Shown: one piece after another, positions 12,240 to 24,100 of the stretch
Layout of the letters: each line of letters opens with the position of its first letter
Position numbering within the stretch: the stretch's first letter is position 1
NCBI GenBank assembly: GCA_036172245.1
Contig: JAYWIR010000026.1
Location: 2,294,001-2,358,000, forward strand
Direction: 5' to 3'
DNA length: 64,000 nt
DNA from: Raillietiella orientalis
Taxonomy: Eukaryota
Position numbers and translations under genes: made by a program
The notes under the pieces: generated by a model
What the model was told of the DNA's origin: nothing
The model's input: the letters and a program-made list of their open reading frames with translations, nothing else
The model's database searches: none

Positions 12240-14500
12240 GATGTGAATCATCCGCCAGTCCCTTCGGGCAGGTACGCAGGTCTCTTCCTCCCCGTGCGGT
12301 GTGCGGCATGGGGGAGCGAAGGCGCCTACGCCGCGCGACGCCGGGGTCGGTGTGCTGGTCGCTCCCGGAGGCAACGGCACCGTTTCTTTTCTTCTCCATT
12401 CTAAGTGGAAGGGATGCGTTCCTTTCGCGGGGAGGGAGCGAGGAGGCTTATCGCGCGTTCGCAGCGGGAGAGCTGTCGAGGCGGGCGAAGACGGAGAGGA
12501 GGCGTGCCCAGGCCGGTCCCTGGCAACGGGGAAATGAGGGCAAGTCCGTGCCACTGGCCGCTCGTCCAGGCGGAGGAAGCGAGCCTCGGAGGGGGAGGAG
12601 GTAAGTTCTTCGTCATCCCCGGCATGTCCATCGTCCGTCGGATCGATGAATTCTGGACTGGTCCCCTTCCGGAAAAGACCCTTCAGTCGGGAAATGTACG
12701 TATCCCGGAGGCACCTTTCACGCGATGCTTTCACAAATTGCGTGGGCAAGGAGGGATGTCGAAGGGTGCAACGGGTATGGGCGAAACGGGTCCATCCCGG
12801 AATGCCCGCTTCGTATTGGAGTCGCGGGCCAGGGGAAGATCAGGCATCCGCTTGATGGGGGGAGGGACAATTCCTTGGGGATCCTGATGTGGAGTGGCGC
12901 TCAGCTGCGAGGGTCCGCGCGTGCCCTCCTTCAGCACGTGATGCTTCCCTGCTGCGGGGCTGGCAGTCCAGGACCTCCATTTCTGGCCAAGAGCGAAGAA
13001 GGCACTGGCGACACTGCGCTTCCAGGGGCAGCATCAGCGTCCCTTGCTCGAAAGGGAAAGGCGGGGGGGGGGGAGGGGAGGGAGGGAGAAGAAGCGAGGG
13101 TGTGGCCATCCTTCCTTTGCCTGCCAGTTGGCATCGCCTCCTCGAGCTGCGGTGCTGGCGGTCTCGCGAGGGCACGGTGATGTCCAAGGCGATCTTGCTC
13201 CTCTTTTTCCTCCACCACCTGCTCCGTCCTCCGCAGTCGGAGGCCGCACCAGGAAGCGGGAAGAAGGGGGAGAGGACACGTCCTTCTTCCATCAATGCTC
13301 AGGAGAGCGAGAGACCTCGCCGAGACCAGGTGGCGTGACCGGGCAATGGCATCGGCACCCCGCGCGGCAGGTCTGCACGCGCGTGGTCCCCGGGGGAAGA
13401 TAGAGGGAGGAGCGTTCGGAGGCTGGCGCAGCACCGCGAGCAGGTCACTGGGAGCAATCCCTAAGTTCTTCTCAACCCTTTCCCTACTTGGGTTTTTGCT
13501 CCGAAGGAAAGGGGCCCTCCCGGGGAAAGCCCGGAACAGGCGCATCGCAAGAGGATCTCAGCTTCATCCGGTGTACCGCCCGAGGTCACCAACTCCGCGC
13601 AGAAGGACGGGGCATTTGCAGAGGTGAGCCGAGGGGGGAGGGAAGGGGACCGGGTAACCGGGGCAGGGTGAGAAGGAGCAGAATATCGGAGCATCATGGA
13701 GCTGCTCCCAGCCACCGCCGCGGGGACCCTCCCTCCAGGGACACCGAGGCGATCGATCTGAAAGGGGCGGCATTGTGGACTGCTTGGCGACTCCAGGGAA
13801 CGGACCTTCTCCTCCTCGATCAGGAAAAAAACAACCCTGGGTGTGCCGTCGGCGCTGGACGGACCAGCGCGCTTGCGGGGCTAGGGGAAAGGGCCTCTCG
13901 CCTCGATCTGCGGACCGGAGGGCTCCACAGGAAGAATGGATGCGCCTCCCAGAATCGACCCTTCCTCACCGAGGGATTCCTCTCCTCTCGTCACTCTCCG
14001 TGATCGTGTAGAGACTGCGGCAGGGTTCGCCACGGGTAGATCACTCAGATGGGTATCTCGTTGTGACCTCGAGGGGATCTTCTGATCTTAGGATCCTGGA
14101 GATGGGCGGATGCTGACCTGAGGCGGCAGCTTGTCCTCTCTCTCCCTCCCCAAAGGACGGGCGAGAGGCCAAGGCTTCTAGGAAGCCACCTCTGAGGAAC
14201 GCAGGGAGCGTCTTGGTCCTCTTCCTGTTTCTCTTGTTCTTCTTTCTACCTCTCTTCATTTCTTTCAGAGGCGACCCTTCCCCTCCCCCTAAGAGGAGGG
14301 TGTCGTCAGAGGCGCCCGCAAGGAGAAGGGGCTGGATTCCCTTTTTCGCGAAACGGACAGGAGCGCTTCGAATCGTCCCTCTCTCCAGAAAAGCAAAGAG
14401 AACCGGGAGAGCTGGTTCTCTTTCCTCTTCGAGGACCTCGTGTGAGGCAGTGGCGGTCCAAGGCTTTCTCCATCTTCTCCCGATCTTCCCGTTCCTCGGA
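12240..14500 (-). mobile_element. Decayed L1/Tx1-type LINE ORF2 (RT to zf-RVT)
   Basis: Ordered minus-strand remnants: 'GIQPLLLAGASD' (AI..L..KAPGxD), 'GQHPPISRIL' (NxRPISLL), 'PFQIDR.GVP', 'SFCAE' (FADD position), 'CSGLS', 'KNLGI', and 'PFHLEWRRKET...PCRTPHGEEET', which parallels the 62236-63467 copy ('LPLKWQET...CAVCGEKES'). Confidence 0.55.
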
Positions 14501-15120
14501 TCGAAGCTCACATGCCGGTGTCTCCTCTCCCGATAAAGCCGATAACACGGGCGCTCCAGAGCTCCAGATACCGTTATCTCCTGCCTCCGGCTTCGGGTCT
14601 CTTGTCCTCATCGAGCAGGGCAAGGGTTCCTTCCCGACCGGGTTACCTCGCGGGCGGGAACCTCCGGGAGAGGGGGAGGGGGACGGACGCCCTCGCCGCG
14701 GTCCCGCGTGTGCCCAATGCCAGGGCGGGAGGGCGAATGAACTCCCTTCCGCCTCCCAAGGGCTCATCTTAATCGAGGGAGGGGGCAGGGGAGAGGATGG
14801 AAGCGCCTTGCGGCCCGTCGATTGTCCTTCCAGTGGGCGATGAGCGCGCCACGCCTGTCGTCCGAACGGAGGAAGCGCAGAAGCGAGCACGGCCGCCACT
14901 TTCCGGAGGGGCAACACCCGTCGAAAGGGAGGGGGGAGGGGATACAAAGAGGTTGCCCATGAAGTGGATGGCGACAGATAAGGAGGATTTTTGACCTTCG
15001 TCTTTCTCAGATTAGATTGCGGGACGCTACAAATAGCCCTCCTGGAGGCTCGGGAGTCACCCATCGCTTCCCCGGTGGACCCACCCGGAGACCCGCTTGC
15101 GGCATCCCGGGAGAGACATC

Positions 15121-18100
15121 ATGGCCCTCTTCATGCTGCTACTCCGCCTCCTGCTGGGGGTCGTGGCGGCAGCCAGGGCGCAAGGTAGGGAGGATCCAGG
15201 GATGGGGCGCGCTCGCACTTCCCAGAGGATTCCTTCTCCTCTGCCCCTCCCTTGCCGTCTCGCCGTCGCCCCTGCTCCCCAGGAAGGAAGGGTTCACCGC
15301 CTGGGGGGACACTTTTCAATGGGAGGAGGAGCCACGTGAGCGCTGACCTCTTCAGAGAGAAGCCCACAGGCGGCCTCGACCATCGGAGAAGAGTCTCGCG
15401 GACCGGCCTCCGAGATCCGGCGGTCAACCTTCATCGAGCATTTCCTCGCGTCCCGTCCCTCCTGCCGGCCTTCGGCTCCTATAATCCCGTTCTTCTCCGC
15501 TTGGCTACTTCTCATCGTTCATTCCAGGTCACGTGTCAGATGCTCCAGAAGGAGGAGGAGAAGGAGGAGTAGGAGGGTGCGCGTCCTCTCCCTGCAAGGG
15601 TAAGCAGACCCACTGTCGCCAGGGGAACGAAAAGTTCCCGGAGTCGAGGGTGGCATCAAGAGGCGAGGGAAGGGGTCTAGTCGCCGAGACTGCCAGGACC
15701 GTGATCTTCCAGAGACTTCCGAGTACCGAGTGGGCTTCACGTACGGGTACCACTACACGGTCGATACGGACACCTCGTTGCTAGCAGACGGCGGGAACGC
15801 GTCTTCGCTGCGATTGTCCGCCGAGGCGCAGATTACGGCCCGGTCGTCCTGCGAATTTATCCTGCAGGTATGGTGGCACCGCTCCGTCTCCTGCCCTCCG
15901 GAGGGGAAGAGAATAAAATTACAAAAGCAGCTCCACCCACCGAAACTTTCTCCCTCTTGCAGCTGTCTAAGGTCAAGCTGGAGGGCGAGCGCGGCGACGG
16001 GGAGGCGCGATCCGCCAAAACGAAGACGACGACTCTCCTCCTGTTCGAGAGGGCGCTACAAAAGTCCTCTCTGACGTTTTCCATGGAGGGAGGGATTGTG
16101 AAAGACCTCTGCCCGGAGGACAAGGCGGAGCCCTTGTGGGCGCTGAACATCAAAAGGGGATTGCTGTCGGCGTTCCAGAGCCGCACGGCGGCCTTCCGGG
16201 AGGATGATCAACCCGAAGAGCCTGCGTTCGAGGTACATTCTGACCCAGGAAGAGGCAGCACACGCTCCTCTTCCTCTCCTTCAGACGGATGTGCATGGAG
16301 ACTGCAAAGTGAGCTACCGAGTGGAGAGACACTGGAAAAACCTCTTCGTGGAGAAGACCAAGGACCTCGGCACATGCTCAGGCGGAGTAGGAGCCCGCGC
16401 TCCCTCCGTTCCCCCTTGGAAGCTGCATGGAGATCCTCTCGCAGCGTAATGCCCTCCCACCGGAAGGACTATCCTGGGGTTGACAAGGTGGTTCCGTTGC
16501 AGCATCGGCGGAGGAAGCATTGCCTGCAAGCAGAAGATCTCGGCAGGCATCCTGACCTCCTCGGCTTGCGAGGAGACCCGCCGCTTGACCATCATCGGGG
16601 GTGGCCCGCAGGTGATCGTGAAAACCAAGCAGGAACTGGAGTTTGAGTACTCCCGGAGGAAGACGGAGGCCGACCGAAAGTGTAAGTCACATCCCCACGC
16701 CACCCTTTCGCATGCTCCCTCCGGAGGCGGTCCGGCCCCCCACGCCGGGGAAGAGGACGGGCATCTCTTCTTGGAAGACGGAGAGGTCCACCTCAGAGCG
16801 CTCAGGCCGGCCTTAGGCGCGCATTCGCATTCACAGGGGAGGGAGGAAGTAGGGCCCTTCTTTTCTCCCAAGGTTTCCTCCCTCTCAAGAAAGAGGGAGA
16901 GGGAGAGACGCGCGTTCCTAGCGCCCTTTTCTTTCCAGACGCCGTCGGCAGAAGGACGAACATCCGCTTCGAGAGAGACGATGACGGCGGAGAGGAAGGC
17001 TGGCCGTCGGACCCCGATGACGTCATCTCCGTCATCATCGAGTTGAGGGACACGACAGCCGAGCAGGCGCAGAGGAACACGGCTCGCCTTTTCGGCCACC
17101 TGGTGGCGAAGATACGAACCCTCTCGCGAGAGGAGCTGGGAGAGGTCTTCCGGCACGCGCGAAGAGATGACCGAATGAGGTTGGTCCGCCCGCGGCATGG
17201 GACTAACGGGGGGATGAGGCAGTCGGCTGGCGGAAAACGAAGGGCTGTCCGCCTCCACCCACCCCTCTGCCTGCGTCCTGCGGGTTCCCCCAAACCCGAA
17301 AACCCGACGTTTTCGTTCCCTCAGGAAGTTTTTCGCCGATGCCATCGTGATGGCCTACTCCGCCGCATCCATCCGGATGGTCCACGACCTCTTCCAGTCC
17401 GGAGATCTCTCCGAGGAGGAACTCATCACGTGGATGATCGATAGCAGCTTCCTTCCGAACCCCACCCCGGAGCACATCTCAGCGTTCTCGGTTCGTTTCT
17501 CTTTCCTACCCACTTCGTGCTCACCGGCGTCATTCCCTCTCCACCTTCCCAACAGGAGTTCCTTAACGACGACCCGCCACATAAGCAGACCCTCATCTCC
17601 CTGTCGGGACTCGTGCAGACCTACTGCAAGAAAAACCGAGTCTGCCGAGATCGCCCGGAGGTGCGAGACGCGATGGGAGGCATCGAGAAGTTGCTGGGCA
17701 GAGGTTGCCGTCCAGTGGGAGGAGAGCAGGAGACCAGAACCATCTCGGTGCTCAGGGCGATAGGAAACGCGGGCGTTCTTGTAAACGGACCGTCCGCCGT
17801 ACAGGAGTGCTACCTGGTAAGCCGCATCACCTCCGGATCTGGTACAGCAAAGAGAGACTGTCCTCCCAACTTCTCCAGAAGGAGACTAACTCCATCGACG
17901 TACGCCTGGAGGCCATCCGCACCCTGCAGAGGATGCCCTGTGACAGCGCCTACGGGAGGGAGAGGCTTCTGGAACTCTTCGCCGACGCGAGCCAGGGCAC
18001 GGAGGTCCGCATTGCCGCATACCTCGCCGTCATGGCTTGCCCAGACACCTCCATCGTACGGTATATGGTAGAGGCGCTTGCAGAGGAGCGTGACGAACAG

Positions 18101-21100
18101 AGTGAGTCTGAGTATTTTTCCTCCTCCTTTCGAAATCCGGGTGTCCTCCGAATACTTCTTAGCTGGGAACTTTGTCTGGACCCACCTATCCAACCTGCAA
18201 GCAACGTCTAACCCTTCCAAGAGGCTTATCCAAGAGCTGCTCTTCGGAAGCGTTCTCCGGAGAAAGTTTGACGCGGGCTCCCGCAAGCTGTCCAGGAACT
18301 ATGAGATCTCGCACCAATTGCAAGGGCACGACCTCGTCTTCTGCGCTGAGTCCAACGTGGTTTTCACGGAGGAATCCTACCTGCCACGCTCTGCGATGCT
18401 GAACCTCACCCTCAGCATCTTCGGATCTGACGCCAACCTCATGGAGGTTCGTAGTCCCGCGGAAGCCCCCAAATAGGGCGAGAGATGCCCGGTCTTTGCT
18501 CTTTCATAGCTGGGCGCTCGGGCAGAAGGTTACGAGGAGATGCTGGAAGGTCTGCTCGACGCGCAGAACTTCTTCCCCGAGGAGCAGTACCTCGGCAAGA
18601 TCCTGAGATCTTTTCGGAAGGAGGAGGACCGCTCCGGTGGAACAGGTGGCGGCCTCTCAGTCCACAAATCTCGCTCCAATCGTCCAAGAGGGAGTTTGTA
18701 TTTGAAGGTATGGGGATGAAAAAGGGGAGGCGGAAAGCTTCTCCAGAGACTTCTGATAAGACTGGCGGGGAGACACTCAGTTTCTTTTGTTACCCAGGTG
18801 CTCGGCAAGGACGTGATGTATGCGAACACGTGGGAAAGGACGCTGAGGAGATCCCATGAAGGTCAGTCCCAACGCGGAAGAGCTCCCTCCGAGGGAACTG
18901 CACTGGAGACCAGTCCCCCGTGAACCCTGCCCTGATTTCTCGATCGCCCTTTCCAGGAAGCAGCGGAGACGGCGTGCTCCGGTCAAAGCGGAAGCAATTT
19001 CTGGACTTCACAAAGTCTGCAAACCTCGTCGACTTCAGGTACTCCCTTCCGACGTCCTCTGGCCTGCCTCTCCGCCTAACCCTGATGGCCACCGCCCACT
19101 TTCGAGTAAAGACGAAAGGAAAGTTCGACGCCGCTAGACTCTGGTCGCATGGAATCTTGCAAGCCGACGGCTACGTGAAGCCGAGGTAGGAATGGAGTGG
19201 CACTGAGGGGAGGAGGAAACGGAAGGGGGAGCGAGCACGGCGCTTCTTCTTCAAACTCTTCCTTAGTGCTGTAGTCGATCTCAGCGCCGCCGTGTCGGTC
19301 GACGCGACGCCGACCAGACGCTCGGGACTGGAACTGAACGTGAAAGCCTACACCGCCACGTCCCTGGACGGGTCTCTCGAGCTGAGAGACGGGAAGGTTC
19401 TGAAGGCGTCCATCAGAACCCCCGAGAGAGACATGAAGATCCTGGATGTCAGCTCAAGGTAGAAAAGGAGCTCTTCTGCTGCTCTCCTTGACGATGAAAC
19501 TGACCATCACTTGTCCCTTCTCCCAGGTTGATCGTTTTTCCGGAAGGCACACTTTCGAAGATGGAGGAGGAGGAGGAGGAAGAAGAGGAAATGGATGTGT
19601 CCGCGATGTCTAAGACAGTGTCTTGCACGAGCAACTCGACTAGTCAAATTCTGGGGGTCAGGCTGTGCTCTTCCTGGTCGCAGCCGGATAGAAAACGCGC
19701 CGAGGGGGAAGACCAAAAAGAGGACTGCTCCGTCTCCATCCCCCTGCGCAGAAGCATGGCATTTTACCTCGAGAGAATCAACGGCGTTAAGTCACACGAC
19801 TTGGCGATCACTCTTAGCGGCCAGGTGAGGGAGCGCTGGAAGGTCAACGAAGGGGCTCGCACGATAGCGTTCCCAGGGATTGAAGGCGAAGTACGATGCT
19901 CCCGGATCCCATCCTCCGATGCACGCGTCGGCTCAGGTGCTGTACGGCTCGAATGCCGGCGGTCACCACGCCTCGATCTTCTTGGAGGCTCAGGGAAGGA
20001 ACCTCCTCTTAGAAGGTCTACCTTTCTTCTTCCCTCTCTGGGTGAGGGAACGAACTGTCTTCATTCCAGTCGAAGGCACCTTCAACAAGTTCATGAAGAG
20101 GCTCAGAGTGTCCGGCATTCGGGATGACCACTTCATGCTGATGTTGGAAGCCTTGCAAAGCAACTCGAGAGGGGGCTCAATGGGAAATCTGGAGCTGCAC
20201 TGGTTCGGGGAGCAGCTGTTCATGGTGCGGTACCAAATCGAAGGGAAACGGGGAGCCGCGAGAAGTGTCATCGACTCCGAAGTCATCCCGGGTAGGGCGT
20301 CCACCGACGGGAAGTACAGGGTAGACAACGACCCGTTTCCTTGTTCCCAGGAGAGCGGAGTGAGGGCGGAGGGTTCGACTTCATGATGAAGAGTAGCGCT
20401 GTGACCGCTCACGTGAAAGGCGATTTGATCCTCGCTGCCAACAACAACTCCAGAGCTTCTTTCAGAGCCGGGTACAGACTGGGGAACCAGGAAGAAAGGA
20501 GCTTCACGGCAGACGGAAACATCCTGAATTCCAAACAGGGGGAACGGGTTTCCAGCAAGGTGTTCCTGGAAGTCTCCGTGAGTTTTGCTTCTCCTGTTGT
20601 ATCCCCGCCGCTTCCATCGGATGATCGGAAGGCGAAAAGAGCGCGCCTCCTCGTCCCGATGGGTCTCCGGTCCAGCTGGACATGTTTCGCAACATTTTCC
20701 AGGCGTCTCCCCACGACGAATACAACTTCGGTGCCAACCTGGAGCTGTCGAAGGAAGAGGGATACTTAGAGAGTCTCGGACAATTCTTCTGGAAGAACTC
20801 TCCCGATGCTTGGAGATTGGACACTGTGTGGGACTTCCGTGAATTCCCGACAGAATTCCAGACGAGCGCTTCGCTGCGAAACAATGCCACGAACCGCGTG
20901 TATTCCATCGAGGCGCACAGAAACGTCAGTAGACACACTGCATCCCCGGGTCCGACGGGAAGGGACGATGATTCCAGGTCACCGACAACTGGAGGGTGGC
21001 TGCCTCCTACGGAGAAGCGAAGGCCTTGGTAGAGATTTACTCTGACGACCAGTTCCACGCCAGACGACGGAGTGTGGTGACGGCACTTCTCGTGTACCCG

Positions 21101-24100
21101 GAGCAGGAAATACTATTCAGGAAGGAATCCGTCACGATGGAGCACGGACTGAAGGAGACCGAAGTCCTCCTCACTTCGAACAAGCGCGTGAGGGTGCGGA
21201 TCACTTCCCGTGACGATCCCCTATCGGGCAGAAGGAATGCTCGAGGTGTTCTTTCCGTACCGGAGCTCGCCGACATGAAGTTGATAGGGGAACTGCGACT
21301 CGAGAGGACGAACACTTCGCTCGTAGCACAGGTAACGTGTCGCTCCCGTCAGCAGCGGAAACTCGGTGGCAGCACCTTCCGAAGCCTCCGCAAACTCGTT
21401 CCCTGCCCGGTCTGAGCCGGGGGGAGAGTGCGTGCCGTCTCGCTGCGTTAAGTCTTGAATTGAAGTTGATGCCTTGAATGGTTTCCCGTACCCGGATTGC
21501 CCTCGATCTTATCCTACTCTTTACCTTCATTGGAATGGTGCGGATACCTAATCTCTGCCCTCCGCGAACTCCACCCGCTCAACAGCTCTTCTGGGAGCGT
21601 TCCTGTTTGTCGCTCCTGCTTGACATCAGTGCCGATCCAGTGCTAGCGGCTGAGAACTTCTTCCCCTTCAATCAGTCCACGAGTCGGAATCACACGATTC
21701 GACAAAATGAGCTCAAAAAAATCGCGAAGGCATGGCTGCGATGGGGCGTTTTCGCGTGATTCGGGATACTCGCTTCATCAGCGAGGGATTTTTGGAGGAA
21801 TCCGCTCTTCTTTCCACCCGGAAAGGGAACCCCGACTCTCCAAATGCCCACTTTAAAGCAAAACGAGTTCGCCGCTTTGCGTTCGATTCACAGGACGCTC
21901 CCTTCAGGAGGTACGGACTGTCGCGATAGCATTCCTACTTGCTCTATGAGCCTGTCGGCTTGCCAACGAACAGATTCTCAGGTTACTTTGTTAACCATTT
22001 TTTTTTCCGTTGCTGTTCCTCAGGTGAGATACGACCAGAGGGAAATCCTGCCAACAGACACCGCTCTGGACACCGAAGCCACTCTGTTCGATGAAATGCT
22101 TTTCCCGGAAGATTCCTATTGGATCAAAGCTTTGGTGACACGAACCGAGGAGCACACCAACTCGTCTGTTGATCTAAAGTATATTCGGCTTTACTCCTGG
22201 AGGAGTTCGGTCAGTACGACGCTCCGAGAATCCGTCTCAAGCTCTCGCGTCGTGACCGCAGGTCGCATCCGTGCTCAACGGATATGCATTCAACGCTGAC
22301 TTACTCCTGCGGGAGAAGTCGAGCTGGTCATCGGGAAACTACTACATACGTGGCATTGTGACCAGCAGCGAGCTCGGATTCCATGTTGCTCACGCATCGT
22401 CGGAATACTCTTTGGTCGCCAAGCACACGTAAGCACTACTCTTTGCAATCCCTGAACGTTCCGTCTGGATGAAAGATGAATTGCCCTACGGAAAAGCTTG
22501 GCCATAGGAAGGGCCATTTCTCTCAAAGCAGAGGACTAAGATAAGCGGACTCCGAAAACGTGCTTCGTCGAGAATATTACTTTACTGTGCCAAAAAAATT
22601 CCTTGCTCTTAGCAGGATGCCGATCCCGAGTTCTATGTGAACGTCTGAATGGCGCGGCGGGCTATCAAGCAGTCGAAGCTTCTGTTGGTTTCTTCACCGT
22701 GATGGGGAGGGGGTGTTGGCTGTGTGCCCACCCGGAACCCGTTCATCAACGGACAGATTCGATCTCTGCAGCACTTTTTGATGAGCAGGCTCGAAACGGT
22801 TGAAGGGAATCGTTGCTTCAGAAGAATGAAGAGTTTGAGAACGCGAGAACGCGATCCGAAGAATCCGCACGCACCGGGCGCTGATCGTACGGAGGAGGAA
22901 TTCGCAAAGGGCCACGCGGACGCTTTCCTGCAGTGGACTGGGGATGGAGAGGAATGCGATCCTCGGTGCCTCCGCCCATGCAGGTGTGCGTCGTCCGAAG
23001 AGCAGGAGCAGCCTGAGCGTAGCTGAGGGTTCCTGGAAATTCCGGCTTTTCCACCGAGCGCGAGGGGCGAAGCTGACTCTGCCGAGAGCTGCACGGGACC
23101 AGATTGATCCTTCAGGCGGCCAAGGACGTCCACGATGCTTCCGGTGTCATCTTCCGATACCTGCGAAAACTTCCCTCGCCTCACGTGAGCCGGGCAGGCC
23201 GATGGCCCTCGGGAACGCGCGCGTGTTTTCGTTTCTCCTTCTTTTCGTTTCCGTTTGAGTCCAACCGAGAACGCCCGAGGGTCGGTCGCAAGCATCTGAG
23301 CGGCTCGAACTAGCACTGCCTCGCGGCCTTCACCCTGAGTGACGGTCGGCAACCGGACAAATCGTAGGGTGGCGACCAGCTGCGGACGAATAGCGACCAC
23401 GATGGCTGGAAGAGGTCGCGGACTGCAGCAGCGGTAAGGTCATCCTCGAGTGAAGGTCTTTATCATCGGATCAGAAACCTCGTTACAAAGGGAAACGCCG
23501 ACTCCCGGCAACCCGACTCGAGAGTCTTCGAAGCGGCGAGGACTCTGCGTTGAGATTGCGTCCGTGGCTGGATTTCCGGGCTCCGTCCTGCAGGAAGGAC
23601 AAGAGGGACGAAACGCCAAGCGCATGCTTTTCTGAGCACCGACTGCGGGGCTCGACCCCTCTGCCCTTATACGAGATCACATGGGCAGTGGAGCCGTTCC
23701 GTGCTGCCAGGAAAGTAACTCCCGGGAGGTCGTTCGCTGCTCGCGTGGGACGTCGCTCTAGCCGGCTCTGTGGGACAGCCTGGAGCGCTTTCCGATAGCC
23801 CTCCTGCCCGGCAGCGCAGGTTTACGGGCCGCCCGTTCGCTCAGGCCGCAAGGCGGCAGCCGACCGCACTATCCGTCGGCCGGAGCGCGCCGCGTACTGA
23901 CGGTGGACAGGAACGCGTCGCTCCCGGGAGACGCTGCAGGCAGGCGGTACATCGGTGCGCCGCTGCCATCCGAATGTGGCGCCCATCGTATCGGGGGCAA
24001 TTCCGAGCCAGAACAGGAGAGAACAGATGCTCCCACGAGGACTCGTCGAGGCCTCTGTTGGGCGCAGCATGGAACGACGAGGTGGCGTGGCTGCCATCTT

